A model generated the notes under the pieces. That model did not search any database. It was not told the DNA's origin and was given only the letters and a program-made list of their open reading frames with translations. From positions 192,001-256,000 of the forward strand of contig CAVYRF010000002.1 in NCBI GenBank assembly GCA_963770895.1: DNA of 64,000 nucleotides, in the 5' to 3' direction. This stretch comes from an uncultured Acidobacteriota bacterium. GTDB taxonomy: Bacteria; Acidobacteriota; Thermoanaerobaculia; Multivoradales; UBA5704. The translations under genes and the position numbers were made by a program. Below, one piece after another: positions 27,710-35,917 of the stretch (position 1 is its first letter; every line of letters starts with the position of its first letter).

Positions 27710-28681
27710 ATGTTGCAACCGCTGCGCGCGCTTGTCCGCTTAACATTCGCCGTCGTGCTGCTGCTGGCCACCGTCCTGGCGGCGCCGCCGCCCGCGGCCG
27801 CCGGCGATCAGACGGCCGGTGCCAATTCCGCCGGCACCCACAACCTGCTGCTCAATCCCGACTTCGACAGCAGCCTTGCCGATTGGACGACGATCGGCAG
27901 CGTGGTCTTTGTCAGCAACATGGATGCAGGCGGCAATGCCTCCTCGGGCTCCGCCGGCTTGCAGGAAAAGCCGGGACAGTCGGCGGACCTGGTGCAGTGC
28001 GTGGACCTGCCGATCTTCTGGCGCAGCGTGAACCTGTCCCTGTCCTGGTATTCGCTGGCCCATACCACCAACGGCGCCAGCTTCGCCCAGGTGCAGTATT
28101 ACGCCTCGCCGGGCTGCTCAGGCCAGATTCTGTCGCAGACGAAGCAACCGACCGATTTCACCAACTCCAACTGGAACCAGTTTTCGCAGCTCGGCGTGGC
28201 GCCGCCCGCCCTGGCGCAGAGCGCCAGCGTGGCCTTCGGCGCCTTGAACGGCGATCCGACGACGCAGGCGACGGCGGTCGTGGATACGACGTTTTTCGGC
28301 TACACGATCACCGCCGGCGTCTGCGGCCAGGACCCCACCCTGCTGTGCGCCGACGACAATCGCTTCCAGATCAAGGCGAAGTTCAGCCAGGCGTGCAGCT
28401 CCGGCAACGGCGACAGCGCCGCCGGCGTCCAGGACACCGCCGCGGGCGGGTTCCTGTGGTGCTTCGATCCGGGCAATCCCGAGATCTTCGCCAAGGTGCT
28501 GGACGCCTGCACCCCGGCAACCGGCAATACCTATTGGGTTTTCCTGTCCGGCCTGACCAACGTCGGCGTCACCATCACCGTGACCGACACCAAGACCGGC
28601 AAGTTCAAGACCTACAGCAATCCCTCGGGCACCAACTTCCAGCCGATCTTCGACACCGCCGGCCTGGCCGTCTGTCCCTGA
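27710..28681 (+). CDS. Secreted protein: CBM-like N-terminal domain plus Cys-containing C-terminal domain
   Basis: AAGGAGG RBS; signal peptide; NLLLNPDFD; C-terminal LC..NRF.I..FLWCFDPGNPEIFAKVLDAC..YWVFLSGLTNV..TVTDT.TG..Y.N..F.PI.DT...CP. Confidence 0.8.
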   Translation: MLQPLRALVRLTFAVVLLLATVLAAPPPAAAGDQTAGANSAGTHNLLLNPDFDSSLADWTTIGSVVFVSNMDAGGNASSGSAGLQEKPGQSADLVQCVDLPIFWRSVNLSLSWYSLAHTTNGASFAQVQYYASPGCSGQILSQTKQPTDFTNSNWNQFSQLGVAPPALAQSASVAFGALNGDPTTQATAVVDTTFFGYTITAGVCGQDPTLLCADDNRFQIKAKFSQACSSGNGDSAAGVQDTAAGGFLWCFDPGNPEIFAKVLDACTPATGNTYWVFLSGLTNVGVTITVTDTKTGKFKTYSNPSGTNFQPIFDTAGLAVCP

Positions 28682-28707
28682 ACGACGCCCTGCCGCCTGC
28701 CGCAAAG

Positions 28708-28740
28708 CGCTGCCTCGGACCGCACCGGCCCGAGGCAGCG
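28708..28740. terminator. Hairpin between convergent genes
   Basis: CGCTGCCTCGG ... CCGAGGCAGCG, an 11-bp inverted repeat. Confidence 0.5.
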
Positions 28741-28754
28741 TCCACCGCGCGCGA

Positions 28755-29348
28755 TCAGAAGTGCCAGACGACGCCGACGTTGCCGCCGGGACCGCCCAGC
28801 TGCAGGTCGGTATGAGTGAAGTTGAGGTTGCCGACGTCCGGCCCGGTCACCGTGCCGCGCACGCGCCGATATTGGAATTCGACGACCAGTCCGAACTGGC
28901 GATTGAAGTTGATGTCGGTGCCGGCGACGCCGTACCAGCCCCACTCGTTGCCGGCATGGCCGAAGGTGTCCTCGTTGACCTGATGGATCAGGTAGTAACC
29001 CGCGCCGCCGCCGATAAAGGGAGCGATCGGCGTGAATTCCTCGCCGTTGTGATCGAATTTATAGACCAGGCCCGCCTCCAGCGGCACAAAGTTCAGCTTC
29101 GGCTTGTTGTTGGCGCAAAACGGCGGACAACCGCCGTTGTTGGCCTGCTGGTAGGTGATGTCGCTGAAGTAGGTGCCGCGCAGCTCGAAAAAACCGAAGC
29201 GGAACTTGGCCCCGCCGCCCCAGGTGTTGTCGGCGTCCTGCGGCTTCTCATAGGAGCCAAAGATGCTGAAGTCGCTGGTCATCGCCGCCAGCGGGCTCGC
29301 CAGCAGCAGCAGCACCGCGCCGGCGCGCACGATCGATTTTGCATTCAC
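28755..29348 (-). CDS. Outer-membrane beta-barrel protein (OmpW/OmpA-like 8-stranded barrel)
   Basis: GTG start with GGAGG upstream; signal peptide; alternating aromatic strands, PFIGGGAGYY, GWYGVAG; terminal VVWHF. Confidence 0.8.
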   Translation of the reverse strand: MNAKSIVRAGAVLLLLASPLAAMTSDFSIFGSYEKPQDADNTWGGGAKFRFGFFELRGTYFSDITYQQANNGGCPPFCANNKPKLNFVPLEAGLVYKFDHNGEEFTPIAPFIGGGAGYYLIHQVNEDTFGHAGNEWGWYGVAGTDINFNRQFGLVVEFQYRRVRGTVTGPDVGNLNFTHTDLQLGGPGGNVGVVWHF

Positions 29349-29774
29349 GTCCTGACCCTCCTTACCCTTACCTGGTTGTAACCGGTCTCGTTGCGAACCC
29401 ATCCCGCCGGCACGCCGGTCGCGCAGCGGCGAGCACCGCTCGAACGCCGCCGGCGCGCCGCTTCCGGCCACGCCGCAGCCCCAAGCCGCGAGCCGGCCAA
29501 CTGCAACAAGCGTTCCAAGCATCACGGAGATGCTCGGCGATTTTTCGCAGCGGGGGTTCGGGATTTTCAGGTTGCGCGGCCGCGGCCGGATAGCGCGAGT
29601 GGCGCCGGCGTGGCAGCCGGCACGCGACCGGAATCGACGAACGGGTTGATCCAGGTGGGCCGCCGCCAGGGTGGTGGCGGTGACCGCCGCCAGCCGGCCG
29701 CCGGCCCGCAGCGTCACCTGATACGTGGTGGGAGACCGGCGGGGCGGCGTGGACCGCCGGCCCCGCGCAGCGGG

Positions 29775-29912
29775 TCAGGGCATGGCCGTCTGTCCGGGGT
29801 TGTCCACGTGCTGCTTGAGCTGCACCGGCGGCTGGCCGTCGGTTCCGTCGCCCCCTTGCGCCAGGCTGAGGGCAGCCTTGGGAAGCCGGCGAGCATTGAG
29901 CAGTTTCCGCAT
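29775..29912 (-). CDS. Orphan double-glycine leader peptide (putative RiPP or signalling precursor, 45 aa)
   Basis: AAGGAGG RBS. MRKLLNARRLPKAALSLAQGG-DGTDGQPPVQLKQHVDNPGQTAMP. Confidence 0.55.
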   Translation of the reverse strand: MRKLLNARRLPKAALSLAQGGDGTDGQPPVQLKQHVDNPGQTAMP

Positions 29913-30066
29913 TGCATCCTCCTTGGGGCGGTTGACGATGGAGTCCGCCCAAGAGGGATAGTGCGCAACGCCGGCGATCGAGCGCCGCGGCGGCGGCCCC
30001 GTCCCTCCCCGCCTGCCTGCGCCGTGGCGCGCGGCGGCGATATTTGCGATACCGTAGCGCCAAGAC

Positions 30067-31335
30067 ATGTCCCTGCGTGAGATCGCCAGGCGGCTGGTGG
30101 CGGTGGCGCTTGCCGCCGTCGATCCCGAACGGCTTGTCCGCGAAGCGCTGGCGGCGCGCCCCGAGGCGTGGGCGGGAATCCTCGCCCTGGGCAAGGCGGC
30201 GCCCGCCATGGCGCGGGGCGCCGGCGCCGCGCTCGCGCCGGGCAGCAGGGGGCGGCGCCTGCTGGTGCGCACCCATACCACTCCGGCCCTCTTCGACCCC
30301 GCCTGGGAGCAGCTGTCCGGCGGCCATCCGCTGCCCGACCGCATGAGCCTTGCCGCGGGCCGCAGGGCGCTCGACTGGCTGAGCGGCCTGCCGGCGGACG
30401 CGCCGCTGCTCGCCCTGGTGTCGGGCGGCTCTTCGGCCTGCATCGAAGCGCCGGCGGGCAACCTGGCGCTGGAGCAGCTGATCGCCACGCAGCGCACGCT
30501 GCTGGGATCAGGCCAGCCGATCCACGCCTTCAACGCGGTGCGCAAGCACCTGTCGCTGTTCAAAGGGGGCGGCGCCCTCCGCGCCTGCCGCGGGCCGGTG
30601 GTGGCGCTGCTGCTGTCGGACGTGCCGGGCGACGACCCGGCGACGATCGGCTCGGGGCCCTTCGCCGCCGATCCCACCACCTTTGCCCTGGCGCTCGCCG
30701 CCGTGGCTGGGCTGGCGGTGCCCGAACCGGTGCGCCAGCGCCTGGCTGCCGGCGCCCGCGGCGATCTGCCCGAAACCCTCAAGCCGGGCGACCCGCTGCT
30801 GGCGCGGCTTGACCAGATCGTGCTGGCCAGCGCCGCCACCGCGGCAGCCGCGGCAGCCGCCGAAGCCCGCCGCGCCGGCTTCGCCGCGGCCACCGGCACG
30901 CTGTCGGGCGAAGCCGCGATGGCGGGACGGATCCTGGTCGAGCGCGGCCGCGCGCTGCCCGGTCCGCGCGCCGCCCTGGTCCTGGGCGGCGAGACCACCG
31001 TAACGCTGGGCCCGGCGCCCGGCAGGGGCGGGCGCAACCTGGAGCTGGCGCTGGCGGCGGCGCGCGCCCTCGCCGGCGCCCAGGGCGAGGTGGTGCTGAC
31101 CCTGGCCACCGACGGCGAGGACGGCCCGACGCGCTGTGCCGGCGCGCTGGTGGACGGCGCCAGCTGGACCGCCATCGAACGCGCCGGCCTGGATCCCGCC
31201 GCCGCCCTGGCCGGCCACGACTCGCACACCGCCCTGGCCGCCCTGGCCGGCGCCCTGCTCGAAACCGGCACCACCGGCACCAACACCGGCGACCTGGCGA
31301 TCTATCTGCGCGGGCAAGCCGCCGCCGCGCCATAG
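30067..31335 (+). CDS. Glycerate 2-kinase / TtuD-like (DUF4147 + MOFRL)
   Basis: ALGKAAPAMA, GGHPLPD, LVSGGSSA, NAVRKHLS..KGG, LSDVPGDD..IGSGP, GGETTV, GGRN.E, TDGEDG, TGTTGTNTGDL. Confidence 0.92.
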   Translation: MSLREIARRLVAVALAAVDPERLVREALAARPEAWAGILALGKAAPAMARGAGAALAPGSRGRRLLVRTHTTPALFDPAWEQLSGGHPLPDRMSLAAGRRALDWLSGLPADAPLLALVSGGSSACIEAPAGNLALEQLIATQRTLLGSGQPIHAFNAVRKHLSLFKGGGALRACRGPVVALLLSDVPGDDPATIGSGPFAADPTTFALALAAVAGLAVPEPVRQRLAAGARGDLPETLKPGDPLLARLDQIVLASAATAAAAAAAEARRAGFAAATGTLSGEAAMAGRILVERGRALPGPRAALVLGGETTVTLGPAPGRGGRNLELALAAARALAGAQGEVVLTLATDGEDGPTRCAGALVDGASWTAIERAGLDPAAALAGHDSHTALAALAGALLETGTTGTNTGDLAIYLRGQAAAAP

Positions 31336-31535
31336 ACACCACCCCGAAGAGGGCGGTCAAGGCCGCGCAACCACCGCATCCTTCCCAGACGCTCCGCTAG
31401 GCGCTCCCCCGCCCTGCGGGATCACCGCGGCGCCGGTCCACACAGAGGAGCCAGCCTTCCTCGCTGGCCAGCTTGCGGGTCGCCCTCGGCGGCCACCGTT
31501 CGCGCCCAACACCGGTGCGCAGCACCCAGCCAAGC

Positions 31536-31582
31536 ACTAGATTGCAATCTAGTTGGACTATATTGTGTCTTCTGTGTATGCT
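31536..31582 (+). promoter_or_regulatory. Perfect 18-bp palindromic operator next to a sigma70-like promoter
   Basis: ACTAGATTGCAATCTAGT (31536-31553), followed by TGGACT-N17-TATGCT (31554-31582) in an AT-rich patch. Confidence 0.55.
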
Positions 31583-31786
31583 AAGGACAATTACGATGGT
31601 GTTACAGCGACGCGATACGCCAATTTGATCCGCGAATTGTCTTTGCGGCCAGGCGGCTTCGTTAATTCCGCTTGCCCGGCCCGGTCCAGGCAGCTGCACC
31701 CTGGCCCGCGCTGACCGCCGGCGGAACAGCCACCCATCGCATGCCGCCGCCGTCAAGCGGCGGCAAAACCTAGGAGGAGGTTGCCG

Positions 31787-33013
31787 ATGAACAAGACTGT
31801 CCGTATCGGCCTGGTGTCCGCTTCCCTCTTGGCATCCCTCGTCGGGCTCGCACCGACCCTCGCCGCCGCCGACGACCAGATGCGGCCGGCGGATCCTTCC
31901 CTGGTCCAAACCCCTGAGGCCCAGGACCAGACCCTGGCGGCCGACGAGCAAGCCGCTCCGGCCGACGATGCGATCGCCGGCGACGACCAGGCCCCCACGG
32001 CCGCAGAGAAGCGGGGGCACCGGCCGCCGCCTCCACCGCCGAGCCTTGCCACCTTCACCGGCGTCGTCGCGGTCGGCCGCACGCGGTACACCTACACCAT
32101 GGTTGGAACCAACCCGGAGCTGCGGCGCGCCCAAAACGTGGTCGTGCCGGTGGTGATCGTCCCCCTGCGGCTGGAGTTCCAGGACGGAACGGTGCTCGAC
32201 CCCACCGCGCCCGACACCTGCCTGGGGGGCCGCGTGCCGGTGGACGTCACCCTGCAGTCGCCGCTTTTCCAGGACTACGACTACGGCGAAGGCCCCAGGC
32301 AGTTTGTCGAGCAGATCCGGCGGATGGAGTTCTGGCAGTTCACCGGCCCGCACAAGCTCAATCCCGGCTACAGCGTGCGGCTGGGGACGCCCACCATCCT
32401 GCCGACGCAGACGCTGACCCTTTCGTCAGCCAGCTTCACCGAGGCCATGACCTGCCGCACCACCGGCGACCCCGAGACGATGGGCCACATCGATTTCAAT
32501 GACTTCAACAACTTCCTGGAGTCTCAGCTGGAGCCGCAGTTCCCGAAGTGGGGCATCAACGCCGGCACCTTCGTGGTCCTCCACCTGCCTTTCGCCGACT
32601 TCTACGCAGACGGCACCGAGGTCGCATATTCCTTCCACGCCTATTTCAACACCCCGCAAGGCAAGATCACCTACGCGGCGGCGCAGCTCGGCCTGGCTCT
32701 GCCGGGAGACGTGGTGAACATCGGGCCCATGTCGCACGAGTTCGCCGAATGGCTCGACGACCCCTACATCGACAACGCGACGCCGCCCTATGGCAACATC
32801 GGCCAGGTGACGGGATGCCAAGCGATCCTTGAAGTCGCTGACCCGCTGACCGGCACCTTCCTGCCGCTCATCAAGATGCCCAACGGCATCTCCTATCAAC
32901 CCCAGGAGACCGCCTTCTTCTCCTGGTTCTTCAACCAGGTACCATCCCTGGGATTCAACGGCTGGTACTCCACCAACGGCACCTTCAGGAAGCCCGCAGC
33001 GCCCTGCCACTGA
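31787..33013 (+). CDS. Secreted protein with HExxE motif (Phi-1/EXORDIUM-like or zincin-like)
   Basis: AGGAGGAGG RBS; signal peptide; YTMVGTNP, SHEFAEWLDDPY, CQ.ILEVADPL, Y.PQE.AFFSWF. Confidence 0.78.
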   Translation: MNKTVRIGLVSASLLASLVGLAPTLAAADDQMRPADPSLVQTPEAQDQTLAADEQAAPADDAIAGDDQAPTAAEKRGHRPPPPPPSLATFTGVVAVGRTRYTYTMVGTNPELRRAQNVVVPVVIVPLRLEFQDGTVLDPTAPDTCLGGRVPVDVTLQSPLFQDYDYGEGPRQFVEQIRRMEFWQFTGPHKLNPGYSVRLGTPTILPTQTLTLSSASFTEAMTCRTTGDPETMGHIDFNDFNNFLESQLEPQFPKWGINAGTFVVLHLPFADFYADGTEVAYSFHAYFNTPQGKITYAAAQLGLALPGDVVNIGPMSHEFAEWLDDPYIDNATPPYGNIGQVTGCQAILEVADPLTGTFLPLIKMPNGISYQPQETAFFSWFFNQVPSLGFNGWYSTNGTFRKPAAPCH

Positions 33014-33025
33014 TCCACCTGGCAA

Positions 33026-33057
33026 CCCTCTTCCGGGGCCACCGTCCCGGAAGAGGG
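33026..33057 (+). terminator. Hairpin downstream of the secreted-protein gene
   Basis: CCCTCTTCCGGG ... CCCGGAAGAGGG, 12 nt after the stop codon. Confidence 0.55.
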
Positions 33058-33188
33058 GTAGCACCCCCAGCACCCACACCGCCGGCCTGGCGATCGACCC
33101 CGAGCGGGCAAGCCGCCGCCGCGCCATATTCTGGGATAGCCTGTAAACTAGTCAGGCCGACGCTTCGGGCGAGGAGGGATATTTGAAC

Positions 33189-33626
33189 ATGAACGTGCAG
33201 GGACAAATCAAAGAGTACATTGCTAGTCAAGCTGAACCAAGACGCAGCGACATGCAAGAGTTGCACCGAATGATTCTGGAAATAGTGCCAGCATGTAGAT
33301 TATGGTTCCTGGATGGCAAAAACGACGAGGGTAAAACCGTTTCCAATCCTAATATAGGATATGGACTTCGCACCATAAAATACGCTGACGGCAAAGCCAG
33401 AGAGTTTTACCAGATCGGTATCAGTGCCAACAAAACTGGCATCTCTGTCTATATCCTTGGTATCGATGACAAGACATACTTGGTCAAAACGTATGGAAAA
33501 GAAATAGGCAAGGCGAGCGTGACCGGGTATTGCATCAGGTTCAAAACGTTAAGGGATATAAACATGGCGACGCTTGAAGCGGCAATACGATACGGGTTGG
33601 CGCAAGAGTCCCCGCCGGCGGGTTAG
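33189..33626 (+). CDS. DUF1801 domain protein (low-GC gene)
   Basis: GAGGAGG RBS. KEYIASQ.EP.RSDMQELH..I, NPNIGYG, EFYQIGISANKTGISVYI, GKASVTGYCI.FK.L.DIN. Visibly AT-rich codons. Confidence 0.85.
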   Translation: MNVQGQIKEYIASQAEPRRSDMQELHRMILEIVPACRLWFLDGKNDEGKTVSNPNIGYGLRTIKYADGKAREFYQIGISANKTGISVYILGIDDKTYLVKTYGKEIGKASVTGYCIRFKTLRDINMATLEAAIRYGLAQESPPAG

Positions 33627-33649
33627 GCGCCCCAGCCAAGGGGCGGGGG

Positions 33650-33680
33650 GAGCTGCGAGACACGAAGGCTCTCGCAGCTC
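33650..33680. terminator. Hairpin after the DUF1801 gene
   Basis: GAGCTGCGAGA-N9-TCTCGCAGCTC, a perfect 11-bp inverted repeat. Confidence 0.5.
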
Positions 33681-33709
33681 TTGGGGTCAAAACGGCCTCT
33701 CTGGGCGTG

Positions 33710-33873
33710 CCTGGCCGGCGCGGGCCCGGCGATTACGGACAGGTGTTGCCCACCAGGCAGAGGTTGCCGATGAACAAGACTATCCGTATCGGCCTGGTGT
33801 CCGCGAGGGGTTGCACTCCCGGCACCCACACCGGCGACCCGGCGACTCGATCTGTGCGGGCAAGCCGCCGCCG
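33710..33873. repeat. Mosaic of local duplications
   Basis: 33710-33763 resembles 36341-36394; 33761-33804 matches 31778-31821 with 1 mismatch; 33805-33873 resembles 33053-33121. Confidence 0.85.
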
Positions 33874-33898
33874 GGGCACAGGCGCTATGATGGAGCGC

Positions 33899-33955
33899 GG
33901 CGGTGGAGTCCGCCATCAACCGCCACGTCCCTCCCGAGCGGCCGATGCCTCCTAC
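33899..33955 (+). ncRNA. Fluoride (crcB) riboswitch
   Basis: GGCGGTGGAGTCCGCC-ATCAACCGC...GCGGCCGATGCCTCCTAC follows the crcB consensus GGCGATGGAGTTCGCC..AAC..GCT.ATGACTCCTAC. TATGAT -10 at 33886-33891. The downstream gene is DUF190, a family that commonly neighbours crcB. Confidence 0.8.
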
Positions 33956-33979
33956 TTAGAGGCCAAAAAGGAGGCTTCC

Positions 33980-35224
33980 ATGAGGATTCTCGGTCCCGCA
34001 AAGCGCCTCATCATCTACATCGGCGAAAGTGATCGCTGGCACGGTCAGCCGCTCCACATCGCCCTGCTCGAAGCGCTGCGGCGCGACGGTATGGCCGGCG
34101 CGACGGTGCTGCACGGCACTGCCGGCTTCGGCGCCCACTCCCGCCTTCACACCTCGACGATCCTGCGCCTGTCCCAGGACCTGCCGCTGGTGATCCACGT
34201 CGTGGACACAGCCGAGCGCATCGATCACGCCCTGGCGCTGGTCGCGCCGATGGTCCGCGAAGGCCTGGTCACCGTCGAAGACGTCCAGGTCGTCAAGTAC
34301 ACCCACCGCTACCTGGCCCCCTTGCCGACCGACCGCCCGGTGCGCGACTTCATGTCCGCGCCGCTGGTGGTCACCACGGCGCAGGCGTCCATCCTGGAAG
34401 CCTGGGACCTGATGGTGCAACACGGTCTCAAGACGCTGCCGGTGGTCGACGAGCAGCACCGGCCGGTCGGCATGCTGAGCGACGGCGACCTCATGGAACG
34501 CACCGGCCTGGTGCAGCGGCTAGCCATTGCCGAGCGGCTGGACGCGGCGACCCTCGCCGCTTGGCGGCAGGCCCTGGCGGACAAGGAAACGCGTGTCGGC
34601 CAGGTGATGACCTCCCCCGCCGAAACCGTGCCGGCGGACGGCGCGCTCGGCCGTGCCGCCGCCCTGATGAGCCGCGGCGGCCGCAAGCGCCTGCCGGTGG
34701 TCGATGGCGACGGCGCGGCGATCGGCATGCTGAGCCGCTTCGACGTCCTCGCCGCCGTCGCCCCGGCCAGCAAGGGCCAGCGCGAACAACCCCCGCGCGG
34801 CGCCCTGCGCACCGTGGGCGAAGTGATGAATCACCACCTCCCCGCCGTCGCCGAGGACGCCGACCTGACGGAGGTCGTCGAAACCATGCTGGCCGGCGAC
34901 TTCAAGCGGGTCATCGTGGTGGACGCCGAACAGCGGCCGGTCGGGCTCATCAGCGACGGTGACCTGGTCGCCAGGGTGCGGCCCGACACCCGCCCCCGCC
35001 TGCTGCGCGCGCTGGCGCGCCTGGACAAGACGCCCAGGGGAGCCACCACCGCTCGCGAGCTGATGTCGCCGGGCGTCCTCACCGTGCCGCCCGACATGGC
35101 GGTAGGCGAAGCCGTCCAGCGCGCTCTCGCCGATCGCCGCAAGCGCCTGGTCATCGTCGACCCTGCCGGCCGCGCCATCGGTATCCTGGACCGCCAGGAC
35201 CTGCTGCGCGCCATCGCCGGCTGA
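33980..35224 (+). CDS. DUF190 (PII-like) domain fused to four CBS domains
   Basis: AAGGAGG RBS. KRLIIYIGESDRWHGQPL, AGATVL.G.AGFGAHS..HT..ILRLS.DLPLVI, then four CBS repeats (VRDFMS, VGQVMT, VGEVMN, ARELMS). Confidence 0.9.
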   Translation: MRILGPAKRLIIYIGESDRWHGQPLHIALLEALRRDGMAGATVLHGTAGFGAHSRLHTSTILRLSQDLPLVIHVVDTAERIDHALALVAPMVREGLVTVEDVQVVKYTHRYLAPLPTDRPVRDFMSAPLVVTTAQASILEAWDLMVQHGLKTLPVVDEQHRPVGMLSDGDLMERTGLVQRLAIAERLDAATLAAWRQALADKETRVGQVMTSPAETVPADGALGRAAALMSRGGRKRLPVVDGDGAAIGMLSRFDVLAAVAPASKGQREQPPRGALRTVGEVMNHHLPAVAEDADLTEVVETMLAGDFKRVIVVDAEQRPVGLISDGDLVARVRPDTRPRLLRALARLDKTPRGATTARELMSPGVLTVPPDMAVGEAVQRALADRRKRLVIVDPAGRAIGILDRQDLLRAIAG

Positions 35225-35329
35225 GGTGTGCGGCACGCCTTCGCGGGCCGGGTTCAGACCGCGGGTCGTCGCCGGCGCGCGGGCGGGCCAGGTCCTACTC
35301 GGCGCCCTCCAGCAGGGAACGCTTTGAGC

Positions 35330-35727
35330 ACCAGCAGCAGCGGGACCGAGCGCTGCGCCAGGTCGCCGAGCAGGCGCAGCTCCTCGCCCGAGATCGGCGG
35401 CTCGGCGCCGGCATCGATCTGCGGCACGAACGCCAGGGTGGCCGCGGTGTTCTCGTCGAAGGTGGAGCCCAGGCCGGGAGTGTCGACGCAGCAGAGGCCC
35501 GCGGCAAGGAGAGCGTGGGGCAAAAAGACTTCGGCGGCGCGCACGCCGCGCCGGTTGTCCGGGTTGCGCTCCTCCGTCACGTAGGCCGCCAGATCGGCGA
35601 TCTCGATCGGCGTCCAACCCTCGGCCAGCAGCACGCGCGCTACGCGGCGTTCGCCGTGGCGCAGCACCGTCACCACCGAGGTGACCGGCACGACTCTCAC
35701 CGGCAGAACGGTCGCCTGGAAAAGGGC
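35330..35727 (-). pseudogene. Bacterial dynamin-like GTPase fragment
   Basis: VLPV.VVPVTSVVTVLR.G, YVTEERNPDNRRGV, VDTPGLGSTF..NT.AT..FVP.IDA. No start codon, no P-loop and no C-terminal region. Confidence 0.75.
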
Positions 35728-35758
35728 GCAGAGGTACTGGTCGTAGCCCTGTATCTGA
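35728..35758. repeat. 31-bp exact copy of 36388-36418 (internal part of the Cys-rich gene)
   Basis: GCAGAGGTACTGGTCGTAGCCCTGTATCTGA occurs at both positions. Confidence 0.9.
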
Positions 35759-35917
35759 GGGTTGCAACGGCGACCTGCGTCTGACGGGTAGTAAACGCCG
35801 GAGTCACACAAAAGTCGATCTGTTATGTCAACTTGCCACATAATCTAAGACATTGATATGGTGCTCCTGCGCTCGGGAATGCCCTGAGACACGGGCACAA
35901 TTTTAGGAGGAAAACTG

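Noticed and set aside
33622-33690. GTTAGGC at the end of the low-GC gene as an integron attC core
   Set aside because: No matching RYYYAAC inverse core or attC-like stem in the right arrangement, and no integrase in the window.
33764-35727. Classical IS or transposon
   Set aside because: No transposase and no terminal inverted repeats seen; reported only as a direct-repeat-flanked insert.
35254-35841. 195-aa ORF as an intact gene
   Set aside because: Chimera of intergenic DNA, a 31-bp copy of the Cys-rich gene and a dynamin fragment with no P-loop.
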